From NCBI GenBank assembly GCA_010093815.1, contig ML996565.1: 64,000 bases of DNA; one strand, 5' to 3'. Source of the stretch: Pseudovirgaria hyperparasitica. Taxonomy: Eukaryota. This document shows positions 51,165 to 63,301 of this stretch, piece after piece (position 1 is the first letter of the stretch; every line of letters begins with the position of its first letter). Under the pieces are notes generated by a model that worked only from the letters and a program-made list of their open reading frames with translations, made no database searches and was not told the DNA's origin. Position numbers and translations under genes: made by a program.

Positions 51165-54100
51165 ATAACATTACTTTAGCATCTCTTATGCACAGGTCTT
51201 TCTTTTCCAACACATATTCTCCGCCCTCGTCTGCCCAGGTGTCTAGGAAGTCGAACAGAAAAGGAAAACGATCCGAGTGCCGAAGTTGGGATCCGGGCTA
51301 ATACCTATCCAAACTCTGACACTAATGTTAATTTACGACCTTGCAAGGAAATGATCACTCCCATCAATTAGGCCTTCGTAAATACCTCTTAAACCTTAAG
51401 CCGGCCCCAGCTATGCACTACATATGTGTGTCGTGAATCTTCCAAGGTTCTGGAAGAATCACTTGCTGTCCTGCCTGAGGCGGCATCTGCAGGCCATACA
51501 CCGTCTCGGACTGAGCACCTTGTCAGACATCCCACGCTGCAGTGCCATCTTCGCAACTCAAGGGAGTCACATTTTCTGGGCTGGCTCGAAATTTTGCACG
51601 TCCACCATAATAATCTTTACTGATGGCTGTGGTTAATGCGATTGTCCTTTATAAGCAGCCTCGAATCGTCGGATCGTCGAACCGTCGAGTCTCGCGATAG
51701 CCAGCTGTCCGCGTCCAGAAGGCAGAATGCTACAGTGCATTCGAGGACGCCACGCGGTGTGTGGAGCCTAGCACTTCGAAGTCATTCCAGATTCAGTTTT
51801 AAGTCTAGTTGTCTACATGGGTCTGTATGTATGTCGCCTGTCCGCGATGGCTAGCTGGGATGATCTGTGGAGCATTGGGTGTTTCCGCGAATTTTCTTCG
51901 TGCTCGAAACACGACCTATCAATACTTTCTGCTTGCACAGGTCCCCTCGCAGTAGTTCGCTACACGGCCATGCTTTGCATCTAGGACTACAGTAAGTAGC
52001 ACGAGACATCCGTGCGATGATCCGAATCAGTTAATTGAGGTTGAGCCTAGAGCACTAGTTCTTTAGAAGAGAGACTTGATCGTCATAATACCGGCAAGAA
52101 AAGGTTCCATTGTTCTATGGGACGACGTTGCCCCAATGAAAATTGATAGATGATAATGTCAGTTGTTGCTAGGCCAGGATCCAGGATCCCCCCTTTTATT
52201 CATTCTTTTCAGCCTAGGGACAAGAAGATTTGACGGCGGGGTCCTTCGGGCAAAAGCGCTGATGTTTTGTTGGCCCGCAAGGAAATTGAGGGGCAAAGAA
52301 TAGGGTAAACCGTATATGGCAGCACTACCTACAGGGTTAATTAGCTGGATCCCGGCTGGAGGAAAAAAAAAGGCATGCCACGCTTCGAAGCAAGTGTTGA
52401 CGGTTTCGAATTCGTTAATGGCCAGAGTGAGTTGCAACTGTGCGTTGTTGCGTGTGCGGCTCTCTACTGCAGTGCTTTGCAGGACACTATTGCTAGTGAT
52501 CACCACTGCGATTGACGGCACTGCAGAACGAGCAAATCCGTTCCCGACGAAGCTGCATCACGACTTTGAGACAAAAAAGCATAGACATGCATCTGGTATT
52601 CCATTACTGAGGGGAAAATTCGTTGACGCACCGACACGACCGGCCTGTCACTGTATGCTACAATCAACAGTGCACCACCAAGCGGGTTGGAAAATGAAAG
52701 TATTCAAAGCACGACACGAAAGAGATGGTAGTAGACTCTTCAATCTTCACACCGCATAGCGCAAGTAAGTCCTGCCATTTGGGCGCACCGGGCATGGCGC
52801 ATGTCCCTAAAGCCGGTTTCGAATAGCTTGATCCGAGTCGTGGGAGTCTATGGTGGGTCCGGGGAACGGGTATCCTCGACACCGCTGGGATGGGCCACAT
52901 TCTAGGAACGAGAGACTGCGGTGTCGATCAAGAGCCAATCGAAGGGTGCGATGGAGTTTTGAGTGAAGATGAACAGGAACGGAGCGTCGGAGCGGCCCTT
53001 GACCAACATTACTAGTGTAGAGCAATGTTGTCATACGTACTGTACTTCTCAGCCACCTCCTTTGCGTGGGTGGAGGGTTGTTTATAACGGTGGAGTGTTC
53101 TGGCAAGTCAGCACTAATAATTAATAGAACTGTCGTCGTCGCCGAGAGGATTTTGTAACGCGTCCTTGGGTTGATGAATCTGCATCGCGAAACAAGAGCG
53201 GTGTGTATGGTAGAGTCTAACGCTGTGGGTCTGGGGACAAATGAATGCTCGACGTGGCATAAGCCATGCCGAAGTCACCGTCTTGAAGTGTCTGCAGTAT
53301 ACTTTGTAGAGGATGATGATAACTTTCTCCACCGAAGTGTGCGTGGCACTTGAATCATTTTCCGAAGAAGGCGGGATGGGATGGAAGACAGCGGTAGAGT
53401 TGGCTATTCAGTAGTTATGTTATTCTACGAGTGGGTTAAAAGTGTTTACAGGCAAGCCGTGGTGAGCGGAAGGGTATTATAGATCGCCAGCTTGTCGAAA
53501 CACATGGCCTGTCGTCGTGGTCAGCAGCGCGATGCGGTTTCATCCAGAAAAGAAGTGGCGTAGTTGAAGCACTAGGTGATACCGCCGCGAGTCCGACTGC
53601 GCGTGCACGACGATGGCAAAATGATAGATGAGGTGTCAACAGTGTGTGTACGGCTTAGATAGGGTATATATTACGAAGGCAGCTCGGAGCGGTATTATTT
53701 GTATTAATTTATTACTGTAATTGTCTGCAGCATGCGGCCCTCCTCTCCAGTTGTAAGGTTCCAGGTAGGTTAGTAGGTAATTAATAGGTGGTAGGTATTG
53801 GCGGGGCCAGTTGCACCACCTCGGGCACCTACCAGGTATCCGGCGGCCAGCTGAACCGTTGGAAGGAGGAGGGGCGCGCGAAAAAAAAAAAGGCGGGAAA
53901 GAGGCAAAGAAGAGGCGAAGGAGGGGTTGATGCAGGTGGAAATGTTGGCGGCATGGCAGCTGGAGGGCGGTAGGTAGTGGGCTTGACTGGAAGATAATAG
54001 TATACGGTTCTGGCAGTTTAGTCATCATGTTATACTCAGGGGGCGGTCCGGCGGGCGCCCACCCACAGCACCCAGACGCCCCTCCTCCCTCCTCCCTCCT

Positions 54101-54497
54101 CCTCTCTCTGCCCCCCAGGCCTCTGTTGGATCTTGCCCTCCCTCCCGAGTCCCACACCCAAATTATCACCACTTACTTACCTACCTCTACCTATCCACAT
54201 CCTCCACCTTTACATCCAACTCTCCACTTGCAACATTTCCCATCTCAACTCTTCACTTTCCGCTTTCCTGAGCTTACACTGCTCGTTATTCCCATCTTAT
54301 CTATACTCTTTACCGGCTTGCACCGGCGCTACCCTGTATGCCCGCCCTACTCGCACCCAATGACCAGTACTCTCACGACTTCAAAATACCATCAACACTT
54401 TAACGCCCACGCGCCTTTGGCCGGCCTGCCCATCTCCAGACTGTCCCTCACACTCTGACCTTCTTGATATCTCCGCCAGAGAAGTCATCCAGCCAAC

Positions 54498-57053
54498 ATG
54501 ACCCTCACCACCGCCAGCTCGTCGCCTGCTACGGCTAGGAAACCCGCTTCCGCTCCAGAGAAGAAGTACAAATGCCAGTTCTGCAATCGCGCATTCAGTA
54601 GAAGTGAACATCGCAGTCGTCACGAGAGATCGCGTAAGTACTTTTCATCAACTCTTTTTTGAACTTCGAGCTTGTTGTTCGTCGCGTATCCAGGAAGCGG
54701 GGAAGCAATAGCTAACACCCCTCCTCGCAACAGATACCAAAGAACGTCCCTTCAAATGCCTTAAGTGTCGCAGTACCTTTGTTCGTCGCGATCTTCTTCT
54801 ACGACACGACCGTACCGTCCATGCAAAGGACGGAGGCGTCCCACTTCACAGCGAGGTGAAGCGTCGAACATCCACAAAAACTGAGCCTAATGCATCTGCG
54901 CCATCGAAGCCATCAGTCGCAGTAGATATCGGTCCTACACTTGAGCAGATTGAAGCTACCAGCGTTGATATGGATGATATTGAGACCGCTGCCATGTTGA
55001 TGACTGATTTCCGCCATAAAGCGTTGGCTAGTCAAGAGCCAGACAATTCATACAATGGACCTGTCCTTGGTCCCACTGGACCGTCATTGATTGAGCCAAA
55101 CGTCAGCTATCAGCAAGGGTCTGTTGCCCTTCCACAAATGCCTTGGGATGCGATGCTACCACAGTCCGTCACTGAGCCCAAATCGCACTCCGTCGCATCG
55201 AATGGCTCTCATGATGCCTTTCACGGTACAAGCACAGTCCCACCCCACAGCCATCAACTGCCCCCGATTATGGAGCGATCAATGTCAGGCCTTGGTACCC
55301 CTGGAGCGCTTTCCCCGTACCCGATGATGGGACCAGTATCTCCAGTCGACTACCGCCGTTCACCTGGCCCAAGTCAAGCCCTGACAATCACCAAAGCACC
55401 ACAAGTTGAATCTGAAGAGGCATGCAACAAGATTCTCGAGAATATCAAGGCATTCGACGGTGAGACTGCACTTTTGGAGACCTTCCGTTTGCCTAGTCGA
55501 AGTGTTCTGAATCGGTATTTGATGACATACTTCAACTTCTTCCATCATCACTTACCCTTTCTGCACACCTCGTCATTTGATCCTACCGAGCTCTCGTCCC
55601 CACTTCTCCTAGCTGTCCTCTCAGTTGGTGCACTCTACACCTTTGACCAAGATCAGGCATACATGTTTCACATTGGTTCAAAGGTTCTTGTGAACCAGTT
55701 CCTCCAGAACAAGGAGAATTTCAGCTCTCGCAAATGCCCTTTGTGGACCATGCAAAGCACTCTTCTGAACATGATCTTTGCGAGCTGGAGTGGTGACCCC
55801 AAAGGTCTGGAATGGGCGTGCTCAATCAAAAGTCTGTTGGCAAACATGGTAGCTGGAAATCGCTATGAGTTAAAGCTACGCACCGAAGCAAGAGTAGGCA
55901 CCCAGCCAAGCCATCCGGAGTGGATAGAGGACGAGCAGTGCCGTCGAACTTACTACGCTGTTTACATCTTCTTTGGCCTGCTCACTTTAACGTACAATCA
56001 TACCCCGGCTATCAGCTTCAATGAATTTGATACTCTTGAGCTGCCATCATCAGAATCTCTATGGAATCTCGAGGCATCTGACGAAGATTCTTGGCGTGAA
56101 AGCCTCGCCGCATCGACGATTGTTACTTTCCGCGAGGCGCATGATACACTATTTAAAGGTGAATCCACTCGGTACAGTGCATTTGCAACTCGCGTCATGA
56201 TCAACGCGCTCTTCCTGGAGGTTTGGTATCACAAGCGCAGCCCGGAGGCTTTGCAGGATGTCGTCACTGAATATAGACTTCGCCTTGCGCTGGATTCTTG
56301 GAATAAGTCACTAGAGATTTGCGAGCCTGAAACAGTGGTCGTTCAACTCAGTGCTCCCCACAAGGGTCATCCCCTCATCTTTAACGCGATGGCTTTGTAT
56401 CGCAACACACGTGCTCGTCTGGTAGTCGACCTGAAATCGGTTCAAGAAGCACTTCGCTATCACGACTCTTATGAGGTTGCGGCTGCAATGACGCACGCTC
56501 GTGATCGCGTTGTGCGTTCAGAAGAGATGCTCAAAGTCATCCAAGAATGCTTCGACTGCATCGAGGTTGCTGCTGTACAGGGCATCCGATGGGTTGCTCG
56601 CACTTCGGCCACCAACTGGAGCGTCGAGCACCCACTTTGCGGACTTGATCTCATGGTCATTCTTACCCTTTGGCTCTATCGCCTGGAACACGACGAGGAG
56701 CCAGCGACAGAGGAAGAACTGGCCATGTACAACAAGCTACGAATGTTGTTTGACGATGAGTCAGCTGGTGTCTACGGCTCGAAGCTCAGCTCGACTGTGG
56801 CAAGACTTTGGGGCAGCATGATCGACGAGGTCGTTGTTTGGGGGTAAGTCATGATTAAAAGCAGTAGTGCCAATTTTCCCACCAATAGTACTAATTCTGT
56901 CACAGGATCACCAAACTTATGGGCGAAGCTTTCAAGCTCCATTCGCAGGCCCTCGTTGGGTATGAAGACGCTGTCTCATCCACATCCGACTCCCCTGCCC
57001 CGTCAATGGCACCACAAGGTGTTCGCGTGTTGGAAATGCAGGCAGCATATTAA
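54498..57053 (+). CDS. C2H2 zinc-finger transcription factor with fungal-specific TF domain
   Basis: Exons 54498-54633, 54734-56843, 56906-57053. Fingers YKCQFCNRAFSRSEHRSRHERSH-TKERPFKCLKCRSTFVRRDLLLRHDRTVH; YFNFFHHHLPFLH, WIEDEQCRRTYY, LELPSSESLW. Confidence 0.93.
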
Positions 57054-57871
57054 TGTGCATGCGTTGCTAAATGCGGCCCGGTATAATGAACATCTCCTCT
57101 TGTTTCTTTTTCTGGTGATACTCTCTAGACCATCTCCTTTTGTTGTCTCTCCTTGTTTTCCAAAAGAAGTGGTGGGATTGTAAGAAGTCTCCTTGGGTTT
57201 GCATACAGATAGCGTATCTCCTTTCTCTTTCCCGTTTGGGCAAGCTTTTCATTATCGAAGACAGGCGGAACTCCGGCGAACACGGGTCGGGCGGCTTGCG
57301 GCTTTCTACGAAGACGAGTTGGGCTCAGGCCTTATGTCTTTAACACTCTGGTCTTATGGTCATAGTACCTTTTCCTTGACCTCTTTTTTCTCTCCATCTC
57401 TCTCGATTTCTGAATCGAAATCGGACCTCCGCTGGCCGGCACCCGTGCTGTGTTTTCTGTTTGCTTCGTATGTCCTTGATTCCACGAAGTTGCATTGCAT
57501 ATCGTGTCTAATAATCTTCTCTCCGTCGATGGTCGAGGCTTACCCGCCGTCTCCTGCATACACCATCTACGTTCTGGTTTTTGTTTTGTCTGCATATAGG
57601 GATGCATTCATCATAGAGTCCGCTGGCTTTTGGTCGTGGGCTCGCAGAGTTTGAATGGCCTGCACCTCCTCTGTTTGCGAGTCTGTTCGAGATTGTATAA
57701 ATATTCAGTATGCCTTTATTACAACTCTTAGTTTTTTGGGTTAATGCGTGCCATGTGTTAGTGATATCGTTCTGCATATCATAGCATACCCTCTCAGTCG
57801 ACGGCCTGGACATATCTTACAGAGTACCTAACGTAACAATACAATAACCTAAGCTAGATATCATCATGACT

Positions 57872-58066
57872 GCGGGGTAAAGTGAATGTGGGGCAGCCAG
57901 CACGATCCATGGACGCGTGACAGCGCGACACGAATTATGGGAGAATTGATGTACCATCTTCGTGCTGGCTGTGGCTGTGGCTCTCTGGCTGTGGCTTTCA
58001 TGTCATAGGCTGCTGCTGCTTCCACTAACTGTTGATCCAGCGATTATCAGCGTAGTTAAGTGGGGT
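57872..58066 (+). promoter_or_regulatory. Candidate CreA-type (SYGGRG) and CrzA-type (GTGGCTGTG) sites upstream of the SDR
   Basis: GCGGGG ~57872, GTGGGG ~57888 and ~58060; repeated TGGCTG units 57966-57996 including GTGGCTGTG at 57971-57979. These are short motifs and function is only inferred. Confidence 0.25.
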
Positions 58067-58166
58067 TACTGGCTGGTGCGAGACGTCATTAAATAGGTGC
58101 ACACAATCCGGGCATACACATAACTACATACTTACATACCTACAAACCTCCCACAGCATCTCAGCA

Positions 58167-59192
58167 ATGGCAGACATCCCCCTCACTCCATCTCTGCTCT
58201 CCTCACTCGCCGGCCAGACCGCATTCATCACAGGCGCCGCCTCAGGTATCGGCCTCGCAACCGCCCTCCTCCTGTTGCAGCACGGCGCAAAGGTCGCCCT
58301 CGCGGACCTTCCCGGCACCCGCATAGAAGCGACGTCCGCGCTTCAGGCGCTCGACAAGGCGCAGCTGGACCGGGCGTTCCTGGTCGAATGTGACATCACA
58401 GACTGGAAGAGCGTGAGCGGGGCATTTGCAAAGGCGAAACACTGGGCGGGCAAGATCGATGTTGTGGTTGCGAACGCGGGCGTCATGGAGACCGAGCCGT
58501 TCTGGGACTTTGCTAGCATCGAAGAGGATGATGAGCAGAGGGAGGCCGAGTGTCGCGAGCCGGTCGAGGCGTATCGCGTTGTAGATGTGAATCTGAAGGG
58601 CACGATGAATAGTATGTTTTTGGTAGTGGAAAAACACTATACTGTGTGAATTGGGGAGAGAGCCTGTCGCTGACGAGTCTGCACAACAGCAATCCGCCTC
58701 GCCATGTTCCACATGCGCTCCAACCCGCCATCCGCATATGACGGCTCACGCGGCTCTGTCGTCATGACCGCCAGCACGTCCGGCTACTTTGGTGGCACAG
58801 GCGTGGTATCATACATTGCATCTAAGCATGGCATTATTGGGCTGCTGCGCTCCTCTCAGCCCGCGGCCGCAAAATACGGCATCAGGCTCAACGCTGTGGT
58901 GCCCTTTGTCACGCCAACGCATATTACCGGTAGCTACATTGACGCATGGAACAGAGCAGAACTACCCGCAAACGACGTCGAGGACGTGGCGGCGGCAATA
59001 GCGCAGACGGCGTGCGATGCGCGGATGAAGGGCGCAGCGTGTATGATTGCGGGAAAGCGCATGAGGGAGCTCGAGACGTTTTACACGGCGCTGGTGCCGC
59101 AGTGGCTGGGGCCTGAAACGACTGAGTTGCTGCAGCAGGCGACCAAGTTCTTCGAGAAACAAGGCGGTTATCCGTTACCAGCAAAACGGTGA
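58167..59192 (+). CDS. Short-chain dehydrogenase/reductase
   Basis: Exons 58167-58611, 58690-59192. TGAASGIG Rossmann motif, CDITDW, VVANAG, DVNLKG, catalytic S and YIASK. Confidence 0.95.
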
Positions 59193-59195
59193 TTG

Positions 59196-61649
59196 TTATG
59201 TTTGTCTGTCATAAACGGTGAGATCGTCCTGCAGGGCTCTGAAGAGGGTAAAGTCGGTCGCCACGGCGGGACTGAGGCTGGCGCAGTAGGAGAGGAGATG
59301 GCTTATTTCGCGACTCCACACATACCAGTCGCGCGGAACGACGTTTTGGAGCGCAGGCAGCGGGTGCATTGCGAAGGCGTGATAAAGGACCTGTTGGCCG
59401 ACGAACCTAAGCTAATGTCAGACGAATATGCTGCATTTTTTAGCAGCTATCCTCCTTACTGGCATGAGAATGCAAACTTCAAGGGCGAAAAGCTTTTCAT
59501 AAGTTGGCAAATGCCTTGTACGGCTGGCCACCACATGGCTGCCTCGAAGGCGCTTGCACAGGCTTCTAGATCTCTCTGTGTTGCCGTACTTGGGCTCTGC
59601 AGGACTTTGCATAGAAATGGACGGCCAATGTGGAATTTAGCTATGCGATATCGACTCCTGAGGATGGCATCGGCGACTGCATGTGCTGGTGAGGCAGTCT
59701 TTGTTACATGTCTCTGTGCAGATTCATCGTGTGCGAACTGGATGATTGAAGGTAGGGCTTCGCGCCACTGCTCCAGCTGATGATACAATTCTGCAACGAC
59801 AGCCTGAGGCGGAAAATCCGCAGTTTCGGCGACGAAGTAGATACTGTTGCGAACCCGCGTGAGGATGATCCTGTGTGCTACCTGCGTACGGCGAGCAAGT
59901 TAGATTTTCTAGACAGTAACTGGTGGCGGATGGGGATGTTCAGCGAAATAGGTACGTACCTGTGCGAGGAAATGGTACTGGAAATATGCCTCGTCGTCGT
60001 CTGCATCGCTGTCGACTCGTCCCTGGCTTGACGCTTCGGGCAGATGAGGGCATTTCACGAAGCGCGGGAGCTGGACGTCGTCTTCGTATCGGACGAGACC
60101 GCTGGGTGGGAGATCGAGTTCCTGCACTAAAATTGCTTCGCTCATTAAGGCGCTCCAGAATACCCGGGAGAGCATGTCGTCTGCCCAGTCGTTGGTTGCG
60201 TTGCTGTGTCAATGTCAGTGACGGACTGCTTCGACGGGCCGTGCTGGGTGGTAGTCACCATCTTAGTTTCACCATGATGATACAGATGTAGCATGCGCGT
60301 GTGAGGTAGGTCCATGAATCCATTGGCCGAACAATCTGCGCGGACCATAGGCTGGCTTGCTATCAGTACGGTATATCTACATACAATTTTTGTCATTACC
60401 TACGCAGACAGGAGGAGGTTTTGACACGCTTGTAGGCTTGTTTCTGTTTGCAGAAACGCCGATAGTTTGCGGCCTTCGTTGAAAAATCTGAGCCCTTGGG
60501 GATTTTCTTGAGTGATTTCGGACCACAGGTCTTGGTGTCTACCAGAGCGACAAATTTCTATGTCAGCCGGGACAGAGAAGTTACCTTCCTCGTAGGCCTG
60601 GAGAGCTAGGCATCCGAGAGCCAGGACGTTGAGCACCACACAGGATTCGACGGTCTCTGGGAATCCTCCGTGGATGACATCTACAAGCGTGTAGTGGTCA
60701 TAGAATTCCCTGTCGAGTATCGGAGAGATGCGGTTGAAAGTGAGGAAGTAGAGGTCTGATAAAGCCCTGACGATCACCTCGGGCAAGTCTCGCGCCCAGT
60801 ACACATGGCCATCACTTGAAAGACAAGATATGGTCGAGGAGAGGGGCGGGCGTTGCGATTCCTGCTCGATAACAAAGTCTGAGCCTAGGTGCTGAGTCTC
60901 TTGCTGTAACCTCTTTGAGAGGCCTGATCGAATGGAGTCCCATTGGATAGTTGCGTGTTGACTGAAGGATATAGGAATCGGGCGAGAGTGCGTAGGCGAC
61001 ACAGTACGCGGCGGTACAGTCGTTTCAAGTCCAATTCGTACAGGTGTTCGGGGTTGTGTTTGAGAGTTTGACGGTTTTGACGGCCTTTCATTTCTGACCT
61101 CTGCTCTGACATCTGCGCTGCCTTCCGAAATGCCCCCTGCTGGGCCTGATGCAAGAGCACGACGCTCATCGCGATCCTCGTTGAACGCAGTAGTGAGATC
61201 CTCGATCTTCGTCTCGAGCCGGCGGATTGCATTGACGGCGGCATTGAGACTTTGGTCTTTCCTATACACAGTGGTCAGAAGGATACAAGGTCGCCTGACA
61301 CGCGTTTTCGTACTTTGTGAAACGCTTTTCGCCATACACACATTCGATGCTTGAGGATTTACACTGTCCACACTTGGGACGGTCTTCATCGCACTTGGTC
61401 TTTTTCGCACGACATTGCTCGCATGCCTCCACATGTGTTAGTGATGCATGAAATGGTCGGAAAGATGGCGAATACCAGTGAAGCTAGAAAGGTGCGCGTT
61501 CGATGTATATCATTCGAGGGACGCTCTTGTGCATCAATGTCGGCTCCATCAGATACAGACCCTTCCCTCGTTGCGCCCGAAGCCACATCCTGCGCTGCTA
61601 TGCTTTGGCTGTCCGCGGCTGATGATTTCTCTCGTTTACGTTTAGCCAT
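59196..61649 (-). CDS. Zn(II)2Cys6 transcription factor
   Basis: Seven exons, all in frame: 61649-61476, 61426-61314, 61261-60404, 60351-60259, 60203-59960, 59881-59460, 59406-59196. Cluster ACEQCRAKKTKCDEDRPKCGQCKSSSIECVY (absent from the ORF track); middle region YFLTFNRISPILD, SRVFWS, YHFLAQ, LEQWREALP, IGRPFL. Confidence 0.9.
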
Positions 61650-62107
61650 CCTGGATATCACCGCCAATGGTCACAGTTTTTCGACTAATTATCTGGATCC
61701 CGAGGTTTTCCATGTCCAGCCGATACGAAGACTGCATGTGAACTATTGTTTTGACATAGTTATAAGTGCACAACCATGGATAGAAAAGTGGGTTGAGCAA
61801 CAAAGACATCTGAGTGGGTGCCAAACGCGGGATCCCGTGATAGCGTGCGAAAGGCGCGTCGCGAACCTTTGAGTCATCTATCCATCCATCCATTCGTAGA
61901 CTCTGTGACTCCATGGCCCAGAGCGGACACCGCCACCCCTTGCAGAGCGTGCAAACTTTGTATCTCAATGATGCAGTCATCAGGCATACATATGTCGGCA
62001 AGCATCGTAGCTGCGACAGAATGATCATCCTCTTGTCTCGATTTGTTTGCTATCATACAACGTGAAAACTGTTCCCTCAATCCTAGTTGAGCTGTCCCGA
62101 GGCTTTC

Positions 62108-63301
62108 ATGGCTGACATACCACGCAATAACGCGTTTTATGCTGAAGAAATAGCTGATGCTGATGCTAGTGGTGAGACAGCCTTTGTGTCGATGACTGAT
62201 ACCGATACGTCCGCATATCACGAAACAGCTCTGCAAGCTATCGACCCGGACAGTAATCCTGTCGCTACCGAGCCCGAGACATTCTCCCAAGCTGTAGAAA
62301 GTGCTTCACAACAACTGAGGAACGAACTCGCCAGGAGCCGGGCTGTGGAGTCCTTCTCTACCACCGATACTGACCCTTCCGACTACCAGGAACAGGCCAT
62401 CGAGAGCTACGCAGCATCGCAAATGGATACGACAACTCCAAGAGCGGAACAACGACCGCAATTCTCCGAGACAACGAGTACAGATGTTCAACTAAAAAGC
62501 CAGTTATGCTCTCCACTCGCTTCACTAGCTCCTGCTCAGCCAAGTTCACGATCAGTTACAGTTCAGTACATTCCTACAGAGAACGCGTATGATAAATGGT
62601 CGGCAGTTTATGATAGCGACGGAAATGTCCTTCAAGCAATCGATGATCTCGAATTAGAGCAATGGCTCCCACAGTTTCTCGACCTCGCCTGTAGATCAGT
62701 CTCAACCCCAGCAACCACGATTCTAGACGTGGGGTGTGGTACCGGCCGCAACACAGCCAAGGTCTTCGCCGTACAAACCTCGACAAATTGCCCTACCCAT
62801 GTGACAGGTATCGACCTGTCGTCAGGTATGCTCACAGTTGCAGAGAAGAAGCTTCGACCTTTTGCAACCGAAAACGTCACACTCGAGCTCGTTCACGCCG
62901 ACCTGTTCTCGCCCTCCACATTGCCAAGCCTACCTCTCGGTGATGCACTGATCTCAACTTTGGTCCTCGAACACATCGAACTCGACCCTTACTTCCGTGT
63001 TCTGTCTTCACTTTTGCGTCCGGGAGGCTACGCTCTGGTCACAAACATGCACAAAGAGATGGGGATGCAAACGCAAGCAGGTTTCAATGCGACCGACGGA
63101 ACAAAGATCAGGGGTACGAGCTGGGCACACGGACTACCAGAGACGATCCGGGCTGCACACAAAGAGGGACTGGAGCTTGTTGGAAATGCGAGAGAGAGAA
63201 GTGTTGAGGAGAGCATGATAGGCAATCAGGTCGGAGAACGAGGGAGGAAATGGATCGGTGTCAATATTTGGTATGGGTTGGTACTACGCAAAAAGCAATA
63301 G
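62108..63301 (+). CDS. Class I SAM-dependent methyltransferase with acidic N-terminal extension
   Basis: YDKWSAVYDSDGNVLQAIDD, motif I ILDVGCGTGRNT, GIDLSSGML, ISTLVLEH, LRPGG..LVTNMH. Confidence 0.92.
   Translation: MADIPRNNAFYAEEIADADASGETAFVSMTDTDTSAYHETALQAIDPDSNPVATEPETFSQAVESASQQLRNELARSRAVESFSTTDTDPSDYQEQAIESYAASQMDTTTPRAEQRPQFSETTSTDVQLKSQLCSPLASLAPAQPSSRSVTVQYIPTENAYDKWSAVYDSDGNVLQAIDDLELEQWLPQFLDLACRSVSTPATTILDVGCGTGRNTAKVFAVQTSTNCPTHVTGIDLSSGMLTVAEKKLRPFATENVTLELVHADLFSPSTLPSLPLGDALISTLVLEHIELDPYFRVLSSLLRPGGYALVTNMHKEMGMQTQAGFNATDGTKIRGTSWAHGLPETIRAAHKEGLELVGNARERSVEESMIGNQVGERGRKWIGVNIWYGLVLRKKQ

Noticed and set aside
50922..51179. ORF with HTHTHT repeats
   Set aside because: It is a translation of the (CA)n microsatellite.
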